Below, piece by piece: positions 52,646 to 64,000 of a stretch of DNA of 64,000 nt. The DNA lies in contig OZ024762.1 of NCBI GenBank assembly GCA_964016885.1, forward strand, positions 15,500,001 through 15,564,000, given 5' to 3'. The DNA is from Eledone cirrhosa. Its lineage: Eukaryota. The position numbers and the translations under genes are program-made. A model generated the notes under the pieces. The model ran no database searches, was not told where the DNA came from, and worked only from the letters and a program-made list of their open reading frames with translations. The stretch's first letter is position 1. Each line of letters starts with the position of its first letter.

Positions 52646-52880
52646 TGTAATGAAAGGCCTGTAGTGGTTAGAGTGTTGGGCTTGTGATCATAATGCCGTG
52701 GGTTCGATTCTTGGACAGGGTGGTGCGCTGTGTTCTTTAGTAAAACACTTTATTTCACATTACTCCAATATACTCAGCTAGGAGTTACCCCTGTGAAGGA
52801 CTAGCATACTGTCCAGGGGGAAGTCTTGTATTCTCAATCGGTTAATACCAATGAAACTGAGATAAGTTCCAGCTTGATGA

Positions 52881-53488
52881 CCCTCACACCCCTCTGATAA
52901 ACAATGGAACTAACCAGTTGACTGGACCAGTGACTACACCACCACCACACCCTACACCCCTCTGGTAAACAATGGAACTAACCAGTTGACTAGACCACCA
53001 CCACACCCACACACTCCTCTGACCAACCACTGACCACACCCTCACACCCCTCTGATAAACAATAGAACTAACCAGTTGACTGGACCACTGACCACACCAC
53101 CACCACACCCTCACACCCCTCTGATAAACAATGGAACTAACCAGTTGATTGGACCACTGACCACACCACCACCACACCCTCACACCCCTCTGATAAACAA
53201 TGGAACTAACCAGTTGACTGGACCACTGACTACACCACCACACCCTCACACACCTCTGACTGACCACACCCACACACCCCTCTGACCCACCACTGACCAC
53301 ACCCTCACACCCCTCTGATAAGCAATGGAACTAACCAGTTGACTGGACCACTGACCACACCACCACCACCACACCTTCACACACCTCTGACTGACCACAC
53401 CCACACACCCCTCTGACCCACCACTGACCACACCCTCACACCCCTCTGATAAACAATGGAACTAACCAGTTGGCTGGACCACTGACCA
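52881..53488. repeat. Irregular ~70-130 bp tandem repeat containing the DOLK exon 3 donor junction
   Basis: Seven copies of aacaatRgaactaaccagttgRYtRgacca; the last overlaps the exon. Confidence 0.85.
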
Positions 53489-53540
53489 TAAACAAAGAGG
53501 GAAGAACAAAACTGACCACAGCGAGCAACGGACTTGTGGT
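53467..53540 (-). CDS. DOLK: Dolichol kinase coding exon 3
   Basis: tttcag / gttagt, 74 nt; (R)PQVRCSLWSVLFFPLCLWSVVQPTG. Needed to restore phase between exons 2 and 4. Confidence 0.75.
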
Positions 53541-53965
53541 CTGAAATGGAGGAAAAAATAGTAATTAGTAACTCATTAACTTTTTTAACAAACATATTAC
53601 AGTGGTGGTGGTGAGGGTGGTGGTGGTGGTGGTGGTGATGATAATGGTGGTGGTGGTGGCAGTGGTGGTGATAATGAGGGTGGTGGTGGTGGTGGTGGTG
53701 ATGATAATGGTGGTGGCAGTGGTGGTGATAATGAGGGTGGTGGTGATAGTGAGGGTGGTGATGGTGTTGGTGGTGGTGATGGTGATGATGGTGGAGTTGG
53801 TCGTGGTGGTGGTGGTGGTGAGGGTAGTGGTAATGATGATGATGATAATGGTGGTGGTGATAGTGAGGGGTTGTGGTGTGATGATAATGATAACAATGAT
53901 GATGGTGATGATGATGGTAGTGATGATGGTGATGGTGGTGATGATGATGAGGTTAAGCGACATAC

Positions 53966-54047
53966 CTGAGAAAGGTCTTTGAAACTGATCTGTTCACATT
54001 GCTCCATCTCTTCTCAACAATTACTGACCAACAAAACACTCCCATAG
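53966..54047 (-). CDS. DOLK: Dolichol kinase coding exon 2
   Basis: tgtag / gtatgt, 82 nt; AMGVFCWSVIVEKRWSNVNRSVSKTFLR. Confidence 0.75.
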
Positions 54048-54207
54048 CTACAGTAGAAGAGAAGGGGAGACAATCAGCCCACAAATATTACTGTTGACCC
54101 TTCACGATAACAAAAGAGAAATGGGAGAGATGGGAGGGCATTTATTCAACAAATTAATGTTTATAGTTTTAACTATTATATATAAGTAGAATACTTATAT
54201 AATAGTA

Positions 54208-55126
54208 CTAGCAGTAAAGCCCGGCGTTGCTCGGGGTCGCTCAGTAGCTGTGTTAAAGTTACAATGTTAAGTTTCTTTTTTGGCTTAAAAACTGTAGTGT
54301 CTACGGTGCAGACTTGCATGTGGTGTTTTTGATTAATATTACCTCAACCAACAATATGCCTTATGAAGTTAAGAAAACATAACGATAACCCGAATGTTAT
54401 AACAAAAGAGGATGTTGGGGATAAAAACTGCACTGGTTATTTATTAACAAAGATCGAAAATGTAAACACTGCAACGCAGAGAAAAACATTAGCGTAACCA
54501 AATTATCAGTTATGTCTGTCTGCACGCCTATATCACCTCTCTGCACGACTGTCTGTCTGCACGCCTATATCACCTCTCTGCCCGACTGTCTGTCTGCACG
54601 CCTATATCACCTCTCTACACGACTGTCTGTCTGCACGCCTATATCACCTCTCTGCACGACTGTCTCTGCACGCCTATATCACCTCTCTGCACGACTGTCT
54701 GTCTGCACGCCTAACGACGAAATATTTGCTTGTTTTACGTAGTCTTTAAATAGACTTGTTTTCAAGTAAAAATATTGTTTTAAAATGCTTTTAAATGGAA
54801 ATGAAGCAAAACGGAAGCTTAGTGTTCGTGTATTGTGTTAATGTCATTTTAAACGCTGAGAAAGCCAGCGTAATTTTTTACGTAAGACGCTCAATGTAAA
54901 CAGAACAAAGGGAAATAACTGATCACTTACGCTCAAAAATCGATACATTATATTCGATTTCGTCACATAGGGCGGGTCAATTTGAAATTTTTTTTTTTCC
55001 GATGTCTTCGCTAGGGCTCAATGTAGAAGTATAGCAATTTCGGTGCAATTCCGTGAGAGATTCTAAGAGGAGATGTGTGCCAAAAATCGATAGACAGACA
55101 GACAACCACAGTTTTATATATATAGA
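54208..55126 (-). mobile_element. Non-autonomous Helitron with internal 37-bp tandem repeat
   Basis: On the - strand: 5' TC, 3' CTAG preceded by hairpin CCCGAGCAACGCCGGG; inserted between A and T; (GTCT)n near the 5' end; about 5 units at 54514-54712. Confidence 0.8.
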
Positions 55127-55476
55127 TTGGATGTGCAATGTCAATGTACGTGAACAAACAAGCATGGATGATTTGAGAGAGGAACTGTGTTTAAGAGGGA
55201 TAAGTTGTAGTGTGCAGGAGAGAAGACTACAATGGTATGGACATGTGATGCGCATGGAGGATGACCGCTGGGTAAAGAAGTGCCAAGAAATCCCAGTAGT
55301 AGGAAGACACAGTAGAGGCAGACCAAGAAAAACATGGGCGGAGGTGGTGAGAACAGACCTCAGAACGCTGAAGCTCATGGTGGAGATGACGAGTGGAGAG
55401 ATGCTGTGCTGAATAGGACCCATCCCACCTTTGCAAGCAGGGAAAAGCGGACATAAAATGATGATGATGATGATGA
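55127..55476 (+). mobile_element. RTE LINE 3' fragment
   Basis: RRLQWYGHVMRM...GRPRKTW, (GAT)n tail; near-identical - strand copy at 6805-7070. Confidence 0.8.
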
Positions 55477-55657
55477 TAAATATATATATTTATATTTTGA
55501 TTTTATTAAGGCTAAATAGTGAGTCTTATTACTCTGGAGTTTCGCCGGTTTATCACACACACACACACACAGACATATATACATATACACACACATTACT
55601 CATTACAGGAGCCTGATGATGATGATGGATACAAACCAAAGAACTGTAACTACTTAC

Positions 55658-55760
55658 CAGACAGACTAGTAGTGTGGTTTGTGAAAGACTTCAAAGAATA
55701 GAGAACATATGCAGTGCTGACACCAACCACGGCTGCTTCTAATATAGATATGACATCCAT
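55658..55760 (-). CDS. DOLK: Dolichol kinase coding exon 1 (ATG 55760; acceptor at 55783 implies an upstream UTR exon)
   Basis: MDVISILEAAVVGVSTAYVLYSLKSFTNHTTSLS, donor gtaagt; phase chain is consistent through all 12 exons (1524 nt, 507 aa plus stop). Confidence 0.75.
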
Positions 55761-56192
55761 TGCCAGGGAATGAGAATATTATCTGGAAAAATATATATAT
55801 ACATATATATGAATTATAAGAATCAAAGAACTGTTCAAAACATTTTTATGCTTACAACTGTTTCCTCCAAACCGAGGTTTGGATTCTTCGGAGCAATTTA
55901 TTATTGAATGAACACTTATATGACCTCCTTTTCAACCCAAGAGACATACAGATACATATGCAAATATTGTGGGTCAACATCCATTACAGCATTTAGTGTG
56001 GCAGTACACATTTAGAGATTACATTCATATTTAAAAGATAAAATCAAAAATACATGTTAAAATATAACATGAAATTAATGTGATACGATAGTCATAAGCG
56101 GTTATAGAGTGCACAATAAGGATTGTGTATATATATATATATATATAACCCATGCTAGCGTGAAAGATAGACATTAAACGATGATGATGATG

Positions 56193-56225
<33 letters not shown>

Positions 56226-56699
56226 TGTTCAAGACCCCGACGGCAGAGCTAATGCCGTTTCGACGGCTATCTCTGGACTAAATAGTTCAGAAATAGCCGT
56301 CGAAACGGCTTGAGCTCTGCCATCAGGGTCTTGAATAATTTCCTATTACCCACTCTACTACCCTAAGTATTGAGTACTTTGGTGCGTTATGGTCCACCTG
56401 GTTCCTTACCACACCTCCTTCGTTATATATATATATTTAGAAAGTGAACAACACAAAATATAACTACTCCATTACCAAAGGTTTCAGGATCCTAAACAAG
56501 ATTAATTTATGTCTAGATTGTTCATCAGACAGTGAGATTATATTAATATTGTCTAGTGTCCTGAAACCTTTGGTAATGGAGTAGTTTATTTTGTGTTGTT
56601 CACTTTCTAATTAAATAGCTCTGTTCTATACTTAGAGCACTCTTTTTTCCTTTGCTTTTTCTTCGGAAATACTTAACATATATATATAATATATATATA

Positions 56700-57120
56700 T
56701 AGTAATAGAGAAGACCCTCCTTACCTAAATACAAAGTAAAACCTACTACAGTCAGTAGGCACCTCTAACAAAATACACCCCCGTCCCACCACCCCCACCC
56801 CATCCACACCACCCCTTTCAATGTAAAGTTATGTTGGTGTAACAACATCCAGCCCGAAACAAATGAGGTCGTGTAGGTGTCACAACAAAAAAACACACAG
56901 TCCACGCTGTAATGTGGCCATGTAGGTAACACGGTGAAAACCTCCCAGCCCCACACTGTAAACGTGGTTGGTGTTAGGAAGGGCATCCAGCTGTAGAAAA
57001 CCCGCCAGACAGTCCTATGCGAGCAAGACAATCACCCTTGCCTCAAGTGGGAAAATTCCCGTCCAAACCCATGCAAGCGTGGAACATGGACGTTAAACGA
57101 TGATGATGATGATGATGATA
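56700..57120 (+). mobile_element. 5'-truncated copy (3' UTR) of the 8.8-11.7 kb RTE
   Basis: Matches 11151-11690; related UTR copies at 13090-13470, 26690-27030, 37560-37850 and 51150-51345. Confidence 0.8.
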
Positions 57121-57538
57121 TATATATATATATATATACATGTATATATATATATATATATATATCACAGAAAAAAAGAATCAGTGTTGAGATGAATGGA
57201 ATTTATTGGACATATTACAATCATTTCTCTGGCGACCAGCTCGAGGCACGATCGATGTGACTATCGAACCTGACTCTGAAAATCGTGATATCATACTCTG
57301 CCCTATGAGAGCATCGAGTGCTCAAATGGCCTACCGCATACAGACGCTTTAAGCATCCAACACCTCTTATATATACATATATATATATATATAGGAACGA
57401 GTAGGACCCCAACGGCTGAGCTCAAGCTTGCACTCAGCCGTCAGGGTCCTACTCGTTCCTATTACCCACTCTACTACCCTAAGCATTGAGTACTTTGGTG
57501 CGTTATGGTCCATCTGGATCCTTACCACATTTCCTTCG

Positions 57539-57588
<50 letters not shown>

Positions 57589-57788
57589 AAAAGGTAAACA
57601 GAAATAACAACACAATCAGTACAGTATATGGAAGGAATATATTAGTTTAACACTTGAAATAGCAGGAAGAGGGTCTTAACATTTCGGATGCAAGTCCATC
57701 ATCAGAAGAAAGAATGAGAAATTAGAAAGATTGAAATGACGGGTATAGCGGAATCGGAATATATATATATATTATATCTAAGTGATGA

Positions 57789-57841
57789 GTCTTGTTACTC
57801 TGGAGTTTCACCTGTGTACTCACAGGATCATCAAAAAAGAC
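57789..57841 (-). ncRNA. Hammerhead-like motif (UUGAUGA core)
   Basis: GUCUUuu-UUGAUGA-u-CCUGUG agua CACAGG-u-GAAA-CUC ca GAG-UA^-acAAGAC. Confidence 0.5.
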
Positions 57842-57974
57842 AGTGCATATATATGTCTTCGTTTTTAAACAACAGTAAAGTTTGTATTACAGTTGACTTT
57901 AGTATTACAGTAAACTTCTGTATACATTACACGTATGGCCGCGATGATTTTATCAGGAATCCCATAGAGTTGTA

Positions 57975-58472
57975 GAATTTCAAACATCCCCGACCTGTCA
58001 ACTGAGTCGAAGGCTTACCAACAAGCTAAAACTGGAAATATTCCAAGCAACCATTAAGCCCATATTACTTTATGGATCCGAAACTTGGACACTAACATCA
58101 CAACTTGAGAGGAGATTGGATGGCACATATACCCGTCTCTTAATGAGAGTGCAAAATCTATCCTGGAAACGACATCCCACCTTGTCTAAAATCTATGGCA
58201 AACTCCCTCGAGCCTCTGTCCTTCTAAAATCCCGGAGAGCTCAATTTGCTGGCCACTGTCTCCGTGCCGGCAATGAAATCATATCCGCTCTCTTGCTCTG
58301 GAACCCTGACTCCAGCCTGACTAGGAGTAGGAAGCTGTCATTCCCTGACGTTATCTCTAGGGATACGGGAATCAGTAGACAGGACCTGTCGGCAGCGATG
58401 GGGGACGGGGGATTCTAGGACATGAGAGTGAGATCCATCATCTCGACAGTAGTCGACGAGTGATGATGATGA
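57975..58472 (+). mobile_element. Second RTE-like LINE family, 3' fragment
   Basis: LLYGSETWTL...RRAQFAGHC; (GAT)n tail; shorter - strand copies at 7495-7710 and 43688-43905. Confidence 0.8.
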
Positions 58473-59059
58473 CAGTAAACTTTAGTAATACAGTAATAAT
58501 AATTGTTTCTACTTTTGGCACAAGGCTAGCAATTACCCAGTGCATTACTGGTACTTTATTTTATCGACCCCGTAAGGATGAAAGGCAAAGTCAACCTCGG
58601 CGGGATTTGAACTCAGATCGTAAAGGGACGTAACTATGCTGGAAAGCATGGCGTCCGACCCTCTACCGATACTGCCAATCCACAATGTAGTTAGTTGATA
58701 GTTTTCGTTAGAAATTTGTAGGTGATATTTCTATTTTTCCTATGGCTTTTCATGTTTTAAACGAATATGGCCTTTAAAATCTTCGTAAATTACTCGTTTT
58801 CTTTAGTTCACCCACCAGAGAACTCCATTACACCCGTATCGGAGTCGGGTGTTATGCAATATTAATAATTTAACGCGTATTCGGCTGCTCTTTCTAGCAA
58901 AGGGAGGCGCCACATTGTGTGAATACGTCAGCTTATGAGAGAAGGGAAGTAACTCTGAAATGAGATTGAGAGAGAGCGCGCGTGTATGTGTGTGTGATAG
59001 AGATAGAGAGAAAGGGGGAGAGCGTGTGAGAGAGATAGACAGACATGCAAATAGATAGA

Positions 59060-59370
59060 TATATTTCTTTATTAGCCACAGGGGCACAAAAGAAGGGGAC
59101 AAATACAAAGGGGGAAGTTTACATACAATAAAAACGTGTAAAATGTTATCACAAATGGAATTTAAAAAGTTAGTCGATTTTCCCCAATAGAGGGAGACAG
59201 TTTATATGGGTAACACATACCCCCGAAAAAAAAATGTGCAACCCTCATCTCCAGGAGTACGAAGAGTTTGTACTCCTTTCCTCTCCTCCTTTTCCTCAAC
59301 CTACAGGCTGATATGGAGAGAAGGCCCATTCACTCGGGCCATTCTCGCCACTTTCACCCACCTTTCATAA
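59060..59370 (-). mobile_element. Tx1-like LINE 3' end
   Basis: Reverse complement of about 2505-2810. Confidence 0.7.
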
Positions 59371-62300
59371 AACTTGCTGGGGTACAGCACCTCTCTCTCC
59401 ATAGATAGATAAATAGACAGATAGATAGATATAGAGTGAGGGGGGAATGATAGAGATAGAGAGAGAGGAAAAATCCACCTCCAATACTTTTGTTTTTATC
59501 GACCTCGAAAGTGGAAGAAAGACAAGGTTGACCTAAAATTGTGCAGTGAGCCAAAACGAAAACCTCAAAGTATTCTATCTGACACTTTAATTACTCCAAC
59601 TCTTTCTAATATATCTATACCCGATTACCTACGTCCTCCCACATTTCGTAATCTCATATTTACCATGGTGACGACTGACATGGTTGTTTTAAAATGTCAA
59701 AAAAAAAAACATCAAATATAAACAATAGTAAAATAAATGTATAGACAAATAGATAGATAGATAGGAAAAAAAAACTATGGAAAGTTAATAGAGTTAGGTT
59801 AAAGTCCAACCTACAAATGATATTTCATTAGTGTGCGCTGAAAAGTTCTTAGGCTGACTATAAAGAGTGATGCTAGAGCTGTGAAATCTTGCATGCGTTA
59901 ATTTCAACTCTTGTTAATAACTGCATTGTTTCTTTCCAGATACTATGTTGAAAAATAAACCTCATTTGGTCATTCCATGAAAGTATCTTGGTCAGCTTAA
60001 GAAAGAGTGATGCTAGGGCTGTGAAATCTAGCGTGCATTAATTTCAACTCTTCTTATTCGTAACTACATTGTTTCTTTCTAGGGACTATGTTGAAAAATA
60101 AACCTCATTTGGTTATTCCATGAGAGTATCATCGTCAGCCTATAAACATTTCAGCCGACCCTCGTATGTATGTATATATATACAGGATGTCCTGGAAAAA
60201 TGTAAACACACTTCAACAGCAGATAACTCAAAGTGTGTATGCATTTTTTTGGACACCCTGTATGTATGTGTATATATATATATATATATATAAACTCTAG
60301 CCCGGCTTATCAATTTTTGCTAATCTATCTCCAGTGAAATTTTATTTTAAGTGGTAGCATTCCTGCCACAATTAATTTTCTTTATACATTAAAAAAAAAA
60401 CGAAAACATTATACATGACAAAAAAAAGTATATTAGTATATTACTATAAACCCCATACTTTATAAAATAAATAGGATGGGTTAGGAGGGTCTCAATATGT
60501 AAACTAAACGACTAATTCTGGTTTTTCCAAAAAAAAATCAACAGACAACATAGAAAAATTAACGATCCGAGGGTGGTGCCCCAGCATCGCCTCAGCTGGA
60601 TGGCTGGAACAGGTAAAAGAAGCCCCCCCCCCTTGCCACACCACCGCCTGTTATTTGGGATCCGAGAGTAAACATTCTTTCGTTTTAAGTAGACGACAAT
60701 ATCAGATCAGTAATTTCATTTTACATTCATATAAATTATATTTAAATCAGTCAAAATTGTTTCTACTTTTGGCACAAGGCCAGCAATTATCACAGTACAT
60801 TACTGGTACTTTATTTTATCGACCCCGTAATGATGAAAGGCAAAGTTAACCTCGGCGGGATTTGAACTCAGTTAAATCAGTCATAATATATTTTTGTGTA
60901 TTATATATACAGGGGCGGTGGAAGCATTCCTGAATTTGGGTGGGGTGGGGGGTCGAATGTGGTCAATTTAGTTGTAGTGATTAGTAAAACTAATTACTAC
61001 AACTTTTATCTTTTACCTGTTCCAGCCATCCGGCTGAGGCCACGCTGGGGCATCAGGCTTAGCTGTTATTATCAAATATCAACCGAGAGATAAACAAGAT
61101 GTATATATATTGTAGCATGTAATTCAAATAGAGGTGTGCTTTGGTAGTTTGGGGAAGACAAATATAATTATGGACGGATATATATAGTGTGTGTCTGATC
61201 AAATCATCGGAATATGTGTTCAGATGATTTGATCAGAGACACACTGTATTTAAGGCCGAGTGACGCAACTTCGAGTGATCAACGGCCTTTAGACTCACCT
61301 GATCAATGAAACAATTATTAACACTGTAAATAAAACCCTTTTTGTACAGCCAACCATGTTATTCTTCACTCTTTCACTACTATTACTCCAAGAATCACCT
61401 GCATGAGAATTCTCGCAAACTCGCTACCTAACTAAGGAAACCTCTTGTTTAGTCAACGCCGTACGTTAAAACTATCCATAGTACAGAGTACTCACAACCT
61501 CTAACTGGATTACCTAAAACGATAACTTGTTATCCCATATCTCTTTCTCTTTATATATATATATATATATATTTATTAAAATAACAGATTAAAGTTTAAG
61601 CAAAGAAAGATCCCGTTAAGGGTGAAAGCAGCGATTCTTTGCTTAAGCTTTAATCTGTTATTTTAATAAATATTTGCTCTACGGTTCTTATATATTTGAT
61701 ATATATTTATCCTTATCGAGTCCTCCTTGGATTTTAGTCTTCAAATTTATTATTATTACTATATATATATATATATCTTTCACCGTATTTTAGACTAAAG
61801 AAATTTCTAGCCTGATAGTGGGGTTTATAACCCTCGGAGAAATGGAAAAAGATGAGTGTCGTCTGAGGGCGATGGAGACACGAAGTTCGTCTAGGCTGAG
61901 TAGGCCACCAACGTTGGCCACGGGTAGGGCATCAACCCAGTCGCCTGAGTATTTGGCGCTGCGAGATAGTAAGTGGTACCTTGCAAAAATTATAATCTAG
62001 AAATGTATATGGTTAATTATAATAATTATGTGAGTAAACAAATATATAACCGTGTTTGTTAGACAAACTACGGGGAATAACTCTAAATTATATGAGCTAG
62101 CACATCTCCCTTGCCATCGTCCGGGAAAACGTCTTCTCCATTCCGTCCCCCGCGGCAGTGGGGAGGCCGTCAATATGATTACTTAACCCTTTCTGAACCT
62201 TATGGCACAAGGGTAACAGTGTCTCTTTCTCTCTGTATATATATGTGTGTGTGTGTCTTTCTCTCTGTATATATATATATATATATATATACAGAGAGAA

Positions 62301-62398
62301 AGACAGACATATTATGTATACTCCAGTCCTACAAACTGTAGAGTGCCTCTTATCCGATATCTGCATTGCTTTATTGTACTACAATAAAACTCACCTCC

Positions 62399-62451
<53 letters not shown>

Positions 62452-62534
62452 ATATATATATGTGTGTGTGTGTATATATATATATGTGTGTGTATATATA
62501 TATATATGTGTGTGTATATATATATATATATATA

Positions 62535-62944
62535 TGTGGAAAATGTTCCATCATCACTGCCCAAATGATGTTGGCATCGCCTTCAAGATACACCCAAGGC
62601 TTGGGCCCCGTGCTATCCGTCCCATTTAAAAATCTAAATCGCAACTCATAACAACAATACGGCACAATTATTTCACCTCAATCGGCCCTGCTCTCTTCAA
62701 CATCACACCAGGACACGTCAAAACAGAAACTGACCACACAAAATTCAAGAAGTCTTTGGACAAATTCCTCCAAGTAATCCCGGACAAACCACCCACACCC
62801 GGATATGTCTCCGCAAACAGTAATTCTCTTCTCGAATGGGCCATGGTGCCCAAATCCTGAATTGAAAGACTTCGCCAGGTGGTGCTATTAAGTTAGACAT
62901 GGCCTGGGCCAATACTGGCCAAAACATTTCAAAGTTATTCAAAG

Positions 62945-62945
<1 letters not shown>
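62535..62945 (+). mobile_element. CR1-like LINE 3' fragment (distinct family)
   Basis: [11 protein letters not shown]...GPALFN...FKKSLDKFLQVIPDKP...NSLLEW with stops. Confidence 0.65.
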
Positions 62946-62987
<42 letters not shown>

Positions 62988-63104
62988 GGAGGTGAGTTTT
63001 ATTGTAGTACAATAAAGCAATGCAGATATCGGATAAGAAGCACTCTACAGTTTGTGGGACTGGAGTATGCATAATATAAGATCAAAAGATCCATCTTTTG
63101 ATCT

Positions 63105-63162
<58 letters not shown>

Positions 63163-63377
63163 GTGTGTGTGTGTGTGTACAAATCAATCAGAGATCGTTC
63201 ATATTGATTTCATTCATTTTATTATGTACGGTGAGTGCAGTCTATTTAAAAGGAGAGAAGAAAGAAATATAGTTACCTATAAAGATTTCTTTAGGAGTGT
63301 CTCATTTATTTCGTTGTCGTTCCTTCAAATTACCGAACTATTTAGACAACACAGTAGGGTATTTAGAATACAGGATA

Positions 63378-63645
63378 TAGTGTTAAAAGGGGACAGTGAA
63401 CCCGAAACTAAAGTTTCACAACATAGCGTTGGAAAGGAGGCAGATATCCCAACCTAGGGGTTCACACAAAATATAGTGTTAATGGGGACATATAACCTAA
63501 ACAAAGCTAAAGTTTCACAACATAGCGTTGGAAACGAGGCAGATGTCCCAACCTAGGGGTTCACACAAAATATAGAGTTGTTCGGGACATATAACCTAAC
63601 TTTCAAAACTTGCACAACATAGCGTTAGAAAGGCAGATACCCTAA
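63378..63645. repeat. About 97-bp tandem repeat, 3 diverged units
   Basis: cacaacatagcgtt occurs three times and aacctaggggttcacacaaaatatag twice. Confidence 0.8.
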
Positions 63646-64000
63646 TCTACAAGACCAAGACAACTTTTCATGTTAATTCTTATTTTATGATGGTAAAATA
63701 CGACTACCAACGTTATTTTTGCAAACTCAACAAAGTGTCTAAATATAAGTTTGAAAGCAGAAGCAACGGAGATGAGTTCCAGCTAGATCCTGTTAACAAA
63801 ATCTCCATACGGTTTAACCATTTAGCATTTAAAACGGCCATATCCGGCCAGAATTTTCTCTTCAAACCAGCTGTAACTAGCCACTCATACTGATGTTAAG
63901 GTATTGTTCTCAAAATAAATAATTGTTTCTACTTTTGGCACAAGGCCAGCAATTACCCAGTGCATTACTTGTACTTTATTTTATCGACTGGGTAAGGATG

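Overview
AT-rich, microsatellite-dense metazoan genomic DNA. The repeat complement suggests an octopod cephalopod (inference). Two convergent intron-rich genes can be spliced by hand with consistent phases. On the + strand are the last four coding exons of an STKLD1-like kinase/ARM-repeat gene (355-13846). On the - strand is a complete 12-coding-exon dolichol kinase DOLK (55760-32200, 507 aa). The rest is transposon-derived: RTE, CR1, Tx1 and R4/Dong LINE pieces, tRNA-derived SINEs, a DD37D mariner remnant, piggyBac-type MITEs, a non-autonomous Helitron, and several large minisatellites traceable to TE or exon sequence. The most striking unannotated signal is a dense set of short Penelope-like fold-back elements inserted in (TA)n tracts. 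They carry type I hammerhead ribozyme folds, several with family-conserved non-canonical cores (CAGAAGA, CCGAAGA), and their truncation or inversion points cluster at the ribozyme. Most ORFs in the supplied track are microsatellite or minisatellite artefacts.
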